In this document: positions 16,917-16,983 of the stretch, piece after piece
Position numbering within the stretch: position 1 is the first letter of the stretch
How the letters are laid out: the number at the start of each line of letters is the position of its first letter
DNA from: Chitinivibrionales bacterium
GTDB taxonomy: Bacteria > Fibrobacterota > Chitinivibrionia > Chitinivibrionales > WJKA01
Length of the DNA stretch: 16,983 nucleotides
Assembly: GCA_038247415.1 (NCBI GenBank)
Contig: JBBRUX010000064.1
Span: 1 to 16,983 of the forward strand
Direction of reading: 5' to 3'
The notes under the pieces: model-generated
Databases searched by the model: none
What the model was told of the DNA's origin: nothing
What the model saw: the letters and a program-made list of their open reading frames with translations, nothing else
Program-made: the position numbers and the translations under genes

Positions 16917-16983
16917 TCACTGAAAAGGAGCAAGGGGTTTATGGTCGTGCCCGTGTTGTTTTTGAAAAGAGAGCACGGTTTGA
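16917..16983 (-). CDS. mutL: Probable MutL linker segment / end of the upstream (N-terminal) part of mutL, running off the window
   Basis: The same frame as the MutL C-terminal domain is open from the window edge (QTVLSFQKQHGHDHKPLAPFQ) to TGA 16919-16917. The polar composition fits a MutL linker, but only 21 sense codons are visible. Confidence 0.4.
   Translation of the reverse strand, partial: QTVLSFQKQHGHDHKPLAPFQ

Noticed and set aside
16917..16919. Alternative genetic code (TGA=Trp/Gly) or selenocysteine as the explanation for the mutL stop
   Set aside because: TGA terminates five other genes in the window, two in ATGA overlaps. No other gene has an internal TGA, and the site is not a catalytic Cys position.

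Overview
A gene-dense bacterial chromosomal region with no mobile elements, CRISPR arrays or RNA genes that I could recognise. Read right to left on the minus strand, a tightly packed run encodes a MutL C-terminal endonuclease domain, a tandem-STAS protein, an MtaB-like tRNA methylthiotransferase, two stand-alone HDOD proteins, FtsY, an AmpD-like amidase and a ~1240-aa secreted all-TPR protein, ending at an intrinsic terminator. Next come an ECF sigma factor and a zinc-finger membrane anti-sigma factor, with a candidate autoregulatory promoter and their own terminator. A plus-strand HI0933-family flavoprotein is divergent from glgC, which is followed by a second, shorter paralogous secreted TPR protein (~920 aa). 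The most notable observations are: (1) an in-frame TGA in the MutL linker just upstream of the endonuclease domain; (2) the two TPR paralogues differ by one ~310-aa internal block; (3) an ECF-type promoter (TCAAAC-N16-CGAC) lies 9 nt before the SD-less sigma start codon; (4) STAS and HDOD signalling genes are translationally coupled to a tRNA-modifying enzyme. An FCB-group (possibly Fibrobacterota-like) host is my inference only. No clearly novel system is demonstrated; the findings are candidates to check.
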